A stretch of 64,000 nt of DNA, taken from Balanoglossus misakiensis (Eukaryota; Animalia; Hemichordata). The DNA lies in NCBI GenBank assembly GCA_040954595.2, contig CM082593.2, positions 5,535,434 through 5,599,433 on the forward strand, read 5' to 3'. Below are positions 25,250-38,912 of this stretch, one piece after another; the stretch's first letter is position 1, and every line of letters starts with the position of its first letter. The notes under the pieces were generated by a model that was given only the letters and a program-made list of their open reading frames with translations, had not been told where the DNA came from and made no database searches. The translations under genes and the position numbers were made by a program.

Positions 25250-27454
25250 GTTTTCGACTTGACCTCTGACCATGTAACCTTTGACCTTTGAGCTGAAATT
25301 GTTATCTTCACGGTCTTGCTTGGCGGAGGGTTTGAATGTGTTGAGCCAAAAACACATGCGACACTGTGAAAACCAGTTTCACAAAAATGAAATAGAGATC
25401 CCACGAAGTCTTCTCTATAAATTCGAACTCCCCGTGAACACTACTAGTAACATAAAAAACAGTACTAGTATTTGGATCGGGAGTAGTTTGGGGGCGCTCT
25501 ACCATCTGCCAGCTGTTATGGCGATACCACAGTACCCTTACTTTATTCCATACATACCAGTTCTTTCGAGCTAACTGTTAGTCCCAACCGTGGCCAAAAC
25601 CACAGATACTCACCCATTTCTCGAATATCGATGCCGAAACTTACCCTAAATGTACATTTGAACCCCGAAATAGGCCACCTGTAGTGACAGCGACAGAAGC
25701 TATGGTATTGGCACACACACACCCTTCTCTGAGAGAGAGCAAACTCCCCAGATGTATATCGACTACAATTTATTATTATCTTTCTCTATCCACTTTGAAA
25801 CGTGCATTCCACTTGAAGTACACATCCACTATATCACCTGCATTGTTTACACCGATTGAATTGTATTAACTGCCAGTGTACTGCGACACTGTTGTGATCC
25901 AATCAATACTCCGACTTGGGCCGCAAGTAACATTTAGCAGAATGACAAAAAGCGGGGATTTCAAGTAAAAATGGCCAGAAAAATAAAGTCAGAGTACCCG
26001 TGATTTACTCCCCATTAAAAGTTCACTGCCCCCAACTTGCCCTCATCTATATAACAGCGATGGAGCCACTGAAGGTCGATATCATGACAGGGTTGTTTTT
26101 GAGTTTTTTTTTTAAGAAGGTGGGGGGGGGGGGGTAACAGAGGTAGAAACCAGTGTCGATTAGGGAGCATTCATTTATTTCCTGGTATAAAATTTTCAGA
26201 TATTTTGAGTCAACTGAAACGCGTGAGTTGAATGATTTAACTAATTGGATGGAGTATTTGATGCATTGAAATGCTTATTTACTTTCCTCTAAGATGTCAA
26301 ATAACATTGCGGTTAACATGTTGTATGGAATAAAACGATACCCCTACAAATTACAAATGTCATCCTAAAAATGCCGTAATGTGCCGGACATAAACAAAAT
26401 AAATGCCATTTAAATTTAGCCGCACCAAGCGTCGCTGGCGCTTTTCACTATAGCTTGCCGAGGAAAAAAGTTTGTGTCTAACATAGAATATACTACAAAG
26501 TGTGTGATTAATAAAAGGAACTGGCTTGTTTTTACTGTTGTTCGATTAAATCTAAATTCACAAACACACTTTAGTACGACATTGCCATGTCATACAAAGT
26601 GTTATCATTGAAATTCTCGCCGAGTATCACGCGTTTCGTGTATACTTTTACGGTTTCACATTCGGATATCTTCGATTCGACGCCGTGAGCTTGTTTGAGC
26701 GTAGTTCAAAGGTCACGTGAATTCGTGTCCTGGCCTTTTCAGTAAACACAGAGTGTCAGTCATAAAGTTGACGAGTGCCATATTTACGATGTTGTTACTT
26801 CGATTCGCCGTGATATACGATTTGACGAGGTGTAATGTATGCGTCGTTGGCACTGTAAATAAACTTCCGTGGTCAAGATGATTTATGCCAGGTGCTGTCA
26901 CGTGACAGGCATGGGGGTGCAATGACGAATACGGGATCAGCGTTTCACAGGCGAACAAGGTTAAGTTTCAGACCGGAATACGTCAACAAACCAACGGAGA
27001 AAGGGGAAAACAAATGTCTGTTTCAGTAATTTATATGTCCCAAGAATAAATCGACCAATCTATTTATTTTCAAATGGATATTTCATGGGTAAATGTTAAA
27101 GGCGTGCGATTTTTCAAAGTTGGGTTGGCCCGGGATGGTCAAAATGCAGATATAGATGCGAAAAAATACACAGGACTAGTGGCTTTCGCGTGAAATAGCC
27201 CACCTCATCACCAGAACCTCTGAACTCTGCAGTAATTTCAAATTCTTATAGGCGCCTTGTACCTAGCTTTACTTCGTGTACTGTGAACTTTTGAATAAGA
27301 CGTGAGTATTTTCTATCATCACCGTGCAGCAGAAATGTCATGCAATATTCATGTCAATTTTAGCCTAGACATTTAAACTGTCAGATACGAATATGGGTAA
27401 CCTAAAGTAACGCAGGTATATCGATAATGTGACATAGATACATACATACTCGCG

Positions 27455-27668
27455 CACGCACACACACACACACATACATACATACATACATACATACATA
27501 CATACATACATACATACATACATACATACATACATACATACATACATACATACATACATACATACATACATACATACATACATACATACATACATACATA
27601 CATACATACATACATACATACATACATACATACATACATACATACATACATACATACATACATACATA
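27455..27668. repeat. (CA)n-(TACA)n microsatellite
   Basis: About 200 bp pure TACA array. Confidence 0.97.
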
Positions 27669-30600
27669 AACATGTTGTGTGTGTGTGTGGGTGCGTGCTT
27701 GCGCGCGTGCATACATTCAGTTTATATATAGTATGTTACGCACGTCCCCTGAAATTTAAATGATATACAACAGGTAACATTTTTGAGATCAGATCTCATG
27801 TCAAAATAGGTAAGCGGGACTTCCCTAACGAATACACCGGAAAGAAAATTTACAGCAAGATGGATGTTAAAATTAGAAAATACGAGTATCATCACGTCAT
27901 TGTAGGTTTGAAGTATGACGTACAACAGCGTTAGGGGCGATATTATACGAGGATGCGGTTTAAATTAGCTGAAAATCTATCATATTCCGCCGGGGTTATT
28001 AATATGAAGCCATAACTCACTATGTCTCAACCTTTAAAATTGTACACTGGCCGTGTATTGCACTGGAAGTCATTTAATTGACTTAAATATGGAGTTCAAA
28101 CCGGGGGTGTTTAACTCCCACTCGTCGAGCGCGAAAAGGAAACAATCTAGACCCACAAATTCAATTTATCTCTAGTCGTCTGGTTGTCACGAAATTTATG
28201 TCGAAAGTCATCAACGGTAAAAGTGTATGAAGACTAATAAGAAACTTTGGCTTGGTAAACTAAATCCTATAGCGATGCTCCATTCAACCTGTTGGAATGA
28301 TAAAATAAACTTTGGAAATCACTGACGTTTATGCAATCCGTGTAAAATACCACAGAAAAGGGGCCATAAGTCTGTTAGGCCCCTAAAGAACGACACAGAA
28401 AACAGAAGCTTTATATTTCTACTGTGATCAAGACGGCAAGAAACCAAGTCATAGTGTATAGTCGCCCCAAATTAAGGACACTATCTTCGTAAAATGGCAA
28501 AGAGTTAGGACGCTAACAATATCTCGGATGGCTGTGTTTACGGCACTTTCTACGGTATTGTGGACGAGCAGTCAGTCGCTGTAACGTTTGATGAGCTATT
28601 ATAAACTGCCATCGACTCTTGAGTTCTGAATCGGAAGCCTTTACTCAGTAAAACACACAAACGTTCATTTGGCGTTTAAATTCGTCCGCAAACGAGCATT
28701 CTGAGTCACTCTAATCGAAGTTTAAACCACAACAGTTAGTGTCATTTACACTTTTATTAGTATGAATATTGATGAGCACGCTGACGTCTTCGCCAGAGCT
28801 GTATCTTTGATAAGACCCTTTTACGTCATAGTGCCTTTTTACGGCTTGTTGTGCAGCCGCAGCCAAGATCTGCTGTGTAAAACGAACTGAGTTTGCGTCA
28901 ATCCCACTTTTCGATAACTTTCAACAGCATTTTACTTAGATTGCAATAAAAGTAAAATATTGAACCTCCCCGGGGTGTTTAAGTTTATACAGCGACCTTG
29001 ACACTTCATGAGAAAGTCATACTCTTTACATTTTTAGTACTAAATCGCGTTTTGTTTCGGTTCTGATGTTGTCCTATGAAACTAGGCCCTATAACTCTTT
29101 GTACTTGTCAAAATGGATGTTAAACATTGGTATTTTTCTGATTTCGACATTATCTCGGCCGAGTCGAAAAAAAGTCGATCAGTTATAAGAAAGGGGTCGA
29201 AATACATGGTGAAAGTCCCACTGGCTATTTTTAAGGACATGGCGTTAGGCCTAATGCCTAAAGTCTGCACGACGGTGGCCTGGCCACAGAAAATTTAGGC
29301 CATTTCTGGCGACAATGCGGCGTCGCCCATACCCAACGACCATATCTTGGGGCATTTCTGAACAAGGCTTGCACTTTTACCGGTCGCAAGAGGAATTACC
29401 AAACTATTCGAACTTTTCTCTCCTCCTGTGGCCCGTACTGAGACTAATCAGAGAAAACGCCAGCTTTTTTGTGAAAACTCCGTGACCGTGTAATCCTCAA
29501 TATGCAGAAATGGAATTCGGCAGCAAGCTACGAGGCGGTGTTGACATGTTTTCGATACTCATGTCACACAGAGGCTAGCAGAGGTGTCGCGATCCCATGG
29601 CTGTTAAAAACCGCACGTTCATTTCCAAGTCTCGATTTACGACGCGTGAACTCCCAATAATTAGTTTTCATTTATCTGTGACAGAACATGGTCATTTCGG
29701 GTCTCAGATTTATTAAGAAAGAGTTTTTCATTGACTCTAGAAACTGTTGATCTCACCTGTTTATACTATAAGCTACATTAATTCAGAAACGATGAAGTGT
29801 AGTACGAAGTCTGTTATCGCTCATAGCCCGCAGTCACTGAGTCATGACCGATGAATAATTACCAGTTCATCCACAGCTTATACCTCGGGGGCTACTGTGT
29901 AACCTCTGTCATGACGTGGCCGTAGATAAACTCAGATTTATCCTCGGGAGGGATAAAAACCACTATTATTAGCGTTTCCACGACAACGCTTGATGCGGTG
30001 AACGTTTACGACTTCTCGGGTATCCGTCAGTGATCGGCGTCGTGCTACTCGGGGGTGGGGGGGGGTGTCGCACAATCAATACTTCGCGAAACGCTGCGTC
30101 TTGAGAAAAAAATCCTCCTCGATTGCGGATATAGCGCATTAACCCACAGCATTTTGGTGGTCAAAATGTTGGTGCAATTTTTTCCCATTTTTGGTTCTTT
30201 TCCCCTAATTGTTTCTTAATTTTAGACCAAGCTGGCATACTTTTCCATTCTCTCCAGATCATGATCAAAATTTAGGAATAAGCATGGAGAAAGTTATGAC
30301 GTGAGATTTTGAGAAAGAAGACTACAGGACGACTTTGGCGCTAAAAGGGTTAACGCCGCATATATAAATCGTTCGAAGGCAATGACTGAAATGGCTAAAC
30401 TCCGAGATAAGAAGGGATGATGTGATTTCAGACAGGCTGGACTAAACTCAGGTGTTAGGAAATAAAGACTGATGCATATCTAACGACATTCAGGGACGAC
30501 TTATAACTAATACACGGGTCTATATAATGTTTTATTTTTGTTTGTCAAACGTTTACGACACAAGGGGGATTTCTCTAATTGACGGAGCTCTGACAACCGG

Positions 30601-31509
30601 AAATTACTATGAATGTGATGGCGAATCGGGCCGAACTATTTTAGAGATATAGGGGTGGGTGGTGAATCAAGCAGGGGAGGGGAGGGGGCTCGCTATCCCC
30701 TCCTTCAACGTTAAACATGCTGAAAGACTATACCTGGTGACCATAATGATTCACCCATGAGTAAACCTCTCGTGTTGTTGTTTTTTTACCCATGTTTCGA
30801 GACATGACTCACGCCTCGATATCTTTCCTCGTGTTGAGAGGTTTATTACCAAGAAAATAAAGTGGATATGTAAAAAAAAACCCACGCGACTGTCACATTT
30901 TCAGATGACAGCATGTAAAGAGTGGTCTGGAATAAAAATCGGATGTCCCAAGCGACGGTCGCAGAGGTGAATCAGTGTGCAGCCGTAAATCCTAGTCCAA
31001 TCCCCACCGACGTGACTGTGGTCGTACGACCGCTACGTGAATGTCATGACCGGCAATTAAGGGGTCCAATCTACATACACTGGCACTATTGACCATAAAT
31101 TTGAAGATATGCGTCCGTAAACTCAGAGATAAAATGCCACAACGTGACCATGACATACATTTAAAGCACATAATTGGCAGTAAAATAGAGAAAAAGAAAA
31201 CATAACAGACCCACTACAGTCTTAGCATGGTGTGACATACTTAGATGCTTCGCACTGCAATACTAAATGTGTTGTGTTACTGGCTAACTCTGGACCTAAA
31301 AAGTCATGGCGGTCGTGTCGTTTTGAGTATTACTTCCCTAATTTGGAACGTGGTTCCCATGGAAACACGCTAGTCGTCCAACCTTGATAAACTTCGATAA
31401 TTGCACTTGTTCAGCAGGACTTTCAAACAACTTTTGCCCCTATTCTGTGAAGCGCCCTTGAACGTGTCTGATCACATGCGTGTTGGAGTTCAGCGCTCTA
31501 TAAATACAC

Positions 31510-31617
31510 TTGACCGATTGACTTACTGACTGACTGGTTGGCCAGCTGGCTCATTGACTGACTGAATGATTGATTTATTGATTGATCGACCCAAGGTTGA
31601 TCGATTGGCTGGTTGAT
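31510..31617. repeat. Degenerate (TGAC/TGAT/TGGY)n repeat
   Basis: Imperfect tetranucleotide tract. Confidence 0.7.
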
Positions 31618-34600
31618 AGTCATCATTACTGAAGCGACGACAACTGGTGGTGTGGAACATCCGGGAACGTTGCTGTACTATAAATTATCGTCATCATCAC
31701 AGTGATGAAGAAACTATAGCCCAACAAGATACATTGGTATACTTCAAAGAAAAACCAACCAACAAAACTCAGGAGCTGCTTTTGGCAAAGGAAGAAAACA
31801 TCACTCGACAGCTACATGTAAAGCTGAACTTGGTGAACTTTGTAATACGCTGTTTTCTGGGACAGTTCTAAATTTGTAATCGTATGGAATATGATAAATA
31901 AGAAATTAAATATATGAGGCGGTTCGGATGATAGTTCGTAAATCTTGTGTTTCACGCATGGTTAAGCAGAAGTATAGGATGGATGATATATTACTGTTTG
32001 TTGTCGGCCAAAAAGTTCAGATTGTCATGCCGGACCAGTTAGAGGAAGAGTGTTGGTTTGAGATTCGAAAAGGGGCGCGCTCGCAACTTTTTGCAGGACG
32101 TGAATCGTCAATTACGGAGAAGAGGAAGACGATATCAAATTAGCAGTGCCAATAAATCCAGAGTGTTTCGAACACGCGGCTCTCGGATCACCGTGAGGGC
32201 CGCCGCGCCAAGACACAGAGGCGAGAGCGTTGTCGGCACTGAAAGGGAAATACCACAATCTCGGCCGGGGCCACAAACCACCAGGCGGTAGGAACATGCA
32301 AAGGCTGGAATGACATGTACTGTAATTCCCCGACACAGCGTCCAATTTAGCATGCCCGCTGATTGCAACATAAGTTGAACCAGCCCGACACCGTACAAAG
32401 CTACAGGAAAAACACATTTCTCCGTCAGATAAATACTCCAATTTAAACCACTCGCGTCCACCGACCGACCGCCCCTGCAGATGGGCTCAAGGTCTCAGCG
32501 AGAAGAACGTGCCAGTAAATCCGAAAACAGTTCTACCACAGGCCACGCTGACCAGAGCGGCCGTGTCTAACGAGATGCCTAACGACTACACACCGCCGAA
32601 GAGTTTCAGCTACATGACCATCCCTCCCGACAGGGGGGCGCCCGGGTCGACTTAATTGACTGCTAATTTCAGTTATTTATTAGAACATATGCAGTTGATT
32701 AGAGATATATTGCAATGATTTAGATATTAAAGGACGGAGGATAACAAGGGGAGAGATATACGACAGCGGTGTCAGAGTTATCTCTCAGAAACGCCGCCTG
32801 CTCCGCTAACGATCGCCGATGAGAATTAACTCACTTCAAAGTTTCCGGTTAAATGTAACACTGTCGCCACTGATATCGCGGAGCCGACACGTTATCATTT
32901 TTGGTGAAGTACTTCGCTACTCTGATTTCAAACTCACCTCGGGGATAAAGACAAATTAGCCGTCTTGCTTATCGTATCACTTGGGGAAAAGCGCGGTGCG
33001 CCTTTATACTGTACTGAATGAAAAACAATTTTCACGGCAACTTTTGAGAATAAATTGCTTTCTATCGCACAAAGTCGGGGTGTTTGTGTATACCTGTTCC
33101 TGTGCTTTGGGTTATTCGCAGACAAGTGCCAAAAAAAAAGTTGTGGGAGGTTCATCGTCCGGGTATGCGCGCGCACGGACATGATCAATCCGTTGGCAGC
33201 GCTTACCAAGCATCATCAATACACGCCAGTGACGTTCTATTAAATTCAATGCGCAGCGATTCAGCAAATCATCGCCAATCAATCAATTAATTAATGACTT
33301 CCGGTCTCTCTGCGTGTCCCCCCGTAGTTTTCGCGGAATGGACGAAGCGCAACAGTTAGAAGGAAAACAGTTTGCGCGCGGGTGTTCAATACTTGTTTTG
33401 TGGCAGCCCACGCAAGCATGCACTATACCGCAGGACACTGTTTATACGGCGGTGGCGATTGGTCTGAAAGTCTTTTTTTGCAAAGCACGTTCAAATACCA
33501 TGGTTATCCCTATTTACAAACATGCTTAGCTTAGGGATCGTCTACAATCTATGTTTACCCAATGAATTCGAAATTCAACCGCTTATGTAAACTCAAGCAA
33601 GGCGGAAAACTGCTAACAGAGTGTTTTCAAGACAGCTTAGTCGGGATAATTGTAACTTCGAAGACGTTTGTTATGCCCCCCCCCTCTCTAAAAAGAACCG
33701 ACAGTTCGGTTCCAAGAAGACATGGACTAACGGTGACGATATTTCCACGTGCTTTACGGCAGACGCAGATACTTTGAGAGGACGACCTTTTTGCGGTTGC
33801 CAAACCACCCCTTGACTTCCGGTCCACCCGCGACAACCGTATTAGCTGCAGAAATTCGGCGAATTGGATGTGTATTCTGCGAAATTTGGCGGCAGACTTT
33901 GTTCCAGCTTTGAAAACTTTCTCTTTAGAGTTTTGTTTAGAGAGTGCATGCCGTCAAGGGTTATCCGAAGGACTTTTCTTAATTGTGGCCATGTTTTGAT
34001 TGGCCCTCGCCCCTTAGCTAAGCCTTGAATGCGGCATCAAATTAAATAAACTTTCCCTTTTTTTTCTCTCTCTCTTCGTAAAACCTCCATTCTGTTTCCT
34101 GTCGGAGAAAGACTTGCGTGTAAAGGCATGGCATATTTGAAAGGGCATTCCACAAAGCGTTCTTAGCATTGTTGACACCCCCTTTTGATGTTGTTCAAAG
34201 TTACTCCCCGTGACCGGCTTGCTGGGGAAATGCTCCCAGCTAAGAATGTTCACATTTTAGCCGGTGACCACACTGCCGCCAAATATGTCAGCGGAACGTT
34301 GAGATGCGTGTCCACGATCCCCTCTCCCTCGACGGGAAATAAGGAGTTTTCCTTCTGGCCAATCTCAGTGTTCATTCAGCATGTGTTTCGGTCATGGAGA
34401 CGAGCGGAAGAATTCGCAGGCGAAAATAAATGAAAGCCCGACATCCATGCACTGAAACCAGGGGAATATCTGATACATGTCCCCCTTACACGTTAATAAT
34501 TCCTCGAAAGGAGCTCACTATAAAAGATTTCCAGTAACTGGCGATGATAAACTTGGATATTGTCGCATATCTGCCGCGGGGTACCTGATCTTAAAACTTC

Positions 34601-35422
34601 CCCTTTTGAACTACGTGAACTCCGTGATAAATACACCGAGCTGGAGTTTTTTTTTTCTCTTGGATTATTTCTGAAACCTCTTCGTTAGTCACAGATTTTT
34701 CTTCTCGCGCTGAATGTATTAAGCAGTATGTATCATTTTAATAGCCGTTTCACACGGTGTCACAGTATGTAGTGGGGGCCTGTTTAGATATGGTGATTTA
34801 TATCACGCCTAGCCGTGACTCACGCGCTTTGAAAACCGAACAACCGACAGAACTTCGCGGTGCCAACAATCCAAACGGTTAGCATGCTTGCACAGTTTCT
34901 TCCAACAAACTTGGAACAATGCCCGTGGTGGCTTTACTTCTTCTCCCTTTTAATTTCGCCGACGCTCAACAGGGCGGGACGACACCACAAAAGCCGTACC
35001 CCACTATGGAGACAACGTCGTGTCTTCTGTTAACTTTCCCTAATTGTTTTAAGGTACAATACCGAACACTAGACCACCTAGGTGGCACATTATTTTCTAC
35101 AAGTGATGACGTCACGTCCAAGCCGCTGCCTGAATTACGATAGCAAATGGGTGTTTATTCAAGACCCCTTTGTCGGTGTCTTTTTATGTATTTGTAATCG
35201 CCGGAATGAAAGGGCGACTAATTGCTCTCGTGTCGCATGAAGCGATATTTAACGCGGCAGAGCAAACACCCCTATTCAGTTGTGGTTTGACAGTGTTCGC
35301 GTCGCGATCCCCCCCTTTTCTCGCGACTCTCCAGACTTGCAAAGCACTTCGATTGATGCCCGTCAAGTTCACAGCTATCACTCACGCGTTAAAATTTACG
35401 GCCGCGTCCCCCCCGACAGGTG

Positions 35423-35430
35423 TATAAATA
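35423..35430 (+). promoter_or_regulatory. TATA box of Dickkopf gene
   Basis: TATAAATA in a GC-rich context about 140 nt upstream of the ATG at 35564. Confidence 0.6.
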
Positions 35431-35563
35431 CCATGCGCCGAGTAATTTAGTGCAGTAGCACGGAACGAGCCCACCGCACGCACGTTTATCACCTGTGAAA
35501 AAAGATTTCCGCTTCCCCCGTTTATATTGCCCAAACCGCAAAGTCACTTTTCGACAAGGCAAG

Positions 35564-38500
35564 ATGACCAGCCGGCTTCTGTACTGGACCGTCTTAGTGG
35601 TTTACGCGACAGTTTTGTGGTCGCAGCTCGGCAGCTCTCTGCACATACCCGATTACGTCTACAGCCGGAGCGAAGAGATTGACTCCGAGGAAGAAACGCC
35701 AACGCCGAACTTCACCGACATAGAAATACAGCTCGAGGTGAGTGGAAATTGTTAATCAGATCAACATTCAATACTTTAAAATAATTTGGAAACGAGAAAA
35801 TGTATACGATCTAGTCAGTTGCGTTACGCGTCGATACAGTTAAATAATGTTTACAATTTATTCACACGAATTATTTTTTTCAAGTGTCTATATGTTGTCA
35901 GTTATTGAGATACAAGATTGCTAAGTTTACATTCGACTTTATGGCTTAATTCGACAGTTAGGATTCCCGCTTTGTGGAATAGCTTTCACGTATCAAGTTT
36001 CCAGTATTATGCTACTTGAGTTATGATCTTTTTATTAATAATCGCGACCTTTGACACACGCCTGCACCGGAACAATCCAGCGGTACGGATCAAAGAAGCG
36101 GTACATGGATTGCGTATCAATCGATATCACGTTTAAATCCGGATTAGCTTTCCCGAGTATTTTGGTCACTTTCGCCTTTTTCCATACATGCTTGTACTCC
36201 TCGGAGCCGTGCGCGTTCCGCGGCTGAAGGAAGTGCGACATTCGCTTCGAGATCTACTCTGACTTCTGTCAATGATTACAAACAGCCACTCAAACGTCAA
36301 GAACTGGGCTGATGTCAGTACTACAGAAACCACTTATTCGCTCGCGGAGGTCACCGAAGAGAAAAATAGTCGTGTTTATTTGTCGTTTTAATAGCGCATA
36401 AAATAGCATAAGGCGAGTTTAGTTTGTGACGGTACCGCAATGTAAACTTAGCGAGGCGTGCCGTTTTGTGGTGCAGGGCGCCCCTTGGCATGGCTGTTAC
36501 AAACGGTCAAACATGCAGTTGTTCCCACGACAAAGACGTCAATCCACGATTGCCCACAACTTTGTTCCCGTCACACAAAGACCGCGTTTCTCGGCCGCCT
36601 CGCCCTCACAATGCAGCGTTCCAACACTTCAGCATTGAATTTCAAATTCGGGCCCTCTTTGTTGCGGCCCGCAAACAGGCACTTTTCGCTTTGTCGGCAC
36701 GGCTCGGAGCAGTGTATACCCCGCCTGGACCTGTGAAGGACTTAATGGTATGATAGCGCGCCGACAACATGCCATTACGGGCGATTGTGAAAACTTTTTT
36801 TTTTGAATTCTTCGAGGAGACCGTGTGACACGCCCACAGAGTGTCTCGCACCTCCGATTGACTGTGCACAATCATTAACACTCAATTGCATACATTAGAC
36901 CATTTAACACTATACACTCTGCGTCATCACCGTTTATCTATCTGCGCGAGAATGATTTCGCCAGACATCTCGAATTCTTCACGGCGATAATCCGTTTTAA
37001 TAAAGCTGGTCACATATTGACTGCATGCGTAAATTGGGACTTTCCTTTTTCATACCCCCACGTCTTCATTTAATACGGCGAGCCGTTTCTGATGAGGAAA
37101 CGGATGTATTGCTACGCCCACTGGAGTGGGTTCGCCGTGTTACCTTTCACCGTAGTCCTGGAGGGACTTTGCTTTCACACGTGTTGCACAGTTTACGTGT
37201 ATTATTATGGGATAACAGTTTACAGACACTCGTATACATACGCACATACATACATACATACATACATACATACATACATACATACATACATACATACATA
37301 CATACATACATACATGCATACATACATACATACATACATACATACATACATACATACATACATACATACATACATACATACATACATACATACATACATA
37401 CATACATACATACATACATACATACATACATACATACATACATACATACATACATACATACATACATACATACATACATACAGACATACTGTACATACAT
37501 ACATACAGACATACTGTACATACATACAGACAGACAGATATGCACGGACAAATACATGTACACTTGCGCACGTGTATGTAGATAACCTCGTCTTAATACG
37601 TATCTGTATGACATGCTAAGACGCATTAAAGTTTCATTATGTTGTCCTTGAAAATCTAAAAATCTAGTTAAAATTTGGCCACGCTAATGTACCGATGTAG
37701 GCGCAGATCGATGGACGCGGATATAAGCTAAATATAGAGTATTCCCGATTGAATAGAATGACGGAACGCGAATGCATAGCGCGGGAAGATATCCGACATG
37801 GAATAATTACGCAACCTTTATTAAATGAAAAAGGTAACTTCCTGCAGCGCCTATGTGCCAGAAAGCGTGGGAAGCAGGATGTGTTCTAAATGAGTAAAAG
37901 AAGTTATAAGAAAGTCACCTGTGGTGATATCTTCCTCTAACGTCACTCGCTTTTGACATATTTATATCAGTCTCAAGATGAGATAGCGATGGTCAATTAA
38001 ACTAGATTAAATGGAATGAAAAGTGGTGCGTTGACTCACGGTTCTGCTTCTGTGTGTCACTTTCACAGCATGAGTGTAACAACGACCGGGGGTGCGACGC
38101 CCAGGAGTACTGCCACGCCGGAGAGGGGCCCAGGGTGTGTCTCCCCTGTCGACGCCACCGCCGCCGTTGTCATAGAGACTCGATGTGCTGCGGTGGGTCC
38201 ACGTGTAGGAGGGGAGTGTGTCTGTCCCGGTCCAAGCACCATGGTAACGTCAACGTGCAGCCGATCAGCTCGAGTGAAGAAGAGAGTATATCACAAAACA
38301 CTAGAGATGACATGTTTAAAGGTAAGCTGATCTTAACACATGTATATAGTAGTCTATAAAGTGAGACTGGAAGGAAAACAGTGTATGTCTGTGGCAATCT
38401 ATCCGCCTGTCCGTTGCTCTATCCATCCATCCACTCACCACCATCCATCCACCCACCCACCAACTAACCAATTAATCACCAATCCTTCTGTCTGTCTGTC

Positions 38501-38912
38501 TGTCTGTCTTACGACCAACTTTGACTCATACGAAGTGAATAATGTTACACACGACTCGGTGGAATCCAAATATTCCAAGTCAAGATAGACAGGCAGACAG
38601 ACATAGGACGACCGGGCAGAGAGAATAATAATTAAATACTGTTTGTCTCCTCATCTTACAGCCCACGAAGGCGCGCCGTGTAACCATAAGAATGACTGCA
38701 TGCAAGGACTGTGTTGCGCTCACCATTTCTGGACCAGGAGATGCAAACGAATTCTCGACGAAGAAGACGTCTGCACGAAACCGTCGAAGCGCCAACAACA
38801 CCCGCCCGCGTTTGAGCGGTGCCCGTGCGGCGATGGACTAGCGTGTAAAAGGGACCCCACGGGGGAGACACGGCTACATACTTGTCAGCGTACAAAGCAC
38901 CGAACAAATTGA
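35564..38912 (+). CDS. DKK1/2/4: Dickkopf 1/2/4 (secreted Wnt/LRP6 antagonist), ~225 aa, 3 coding exons
   Basis: Exons: 35564-35737 (signal peptide, GAG|gtgagt); 38069-38321 (CRD1 HECNNDRGC..CLPCRRHRRRCHRDSMCC..C..GVC); 38662-38912 (CRD2 CCAHHFWTRRCKRIL.E..VCTK..FERCPCGDGLAC..RLHTCQR). The HFW and RLHTCQ motifs match DKK1/2/4 rather than DKK3. Confidence 0.93.
37233..37535. repeat. (TACA)n microsatellite in Dkk intron 1
   Basis: About 250 bp TACA array with a degenerate tail. Confidence 0.97.

Noticed and set aside
25260-25294. Nuclear-receptor DR1-like repeats (TGACCTnTGACCT), also at 21398-21410
   Set aside because: TGACCT/AGGTCA motifs are scattered across the whole window, so a specific function cannot be supported.
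27365-27716. ORFs reading MYVCMYVC...
   Set aside because: Translations of the (TACA)n microsatellite.
37025-37626. Long ORFs of YIHT/MYVC repeats in the Dkk intron
   Set aside because: Microsatellite artefacts.
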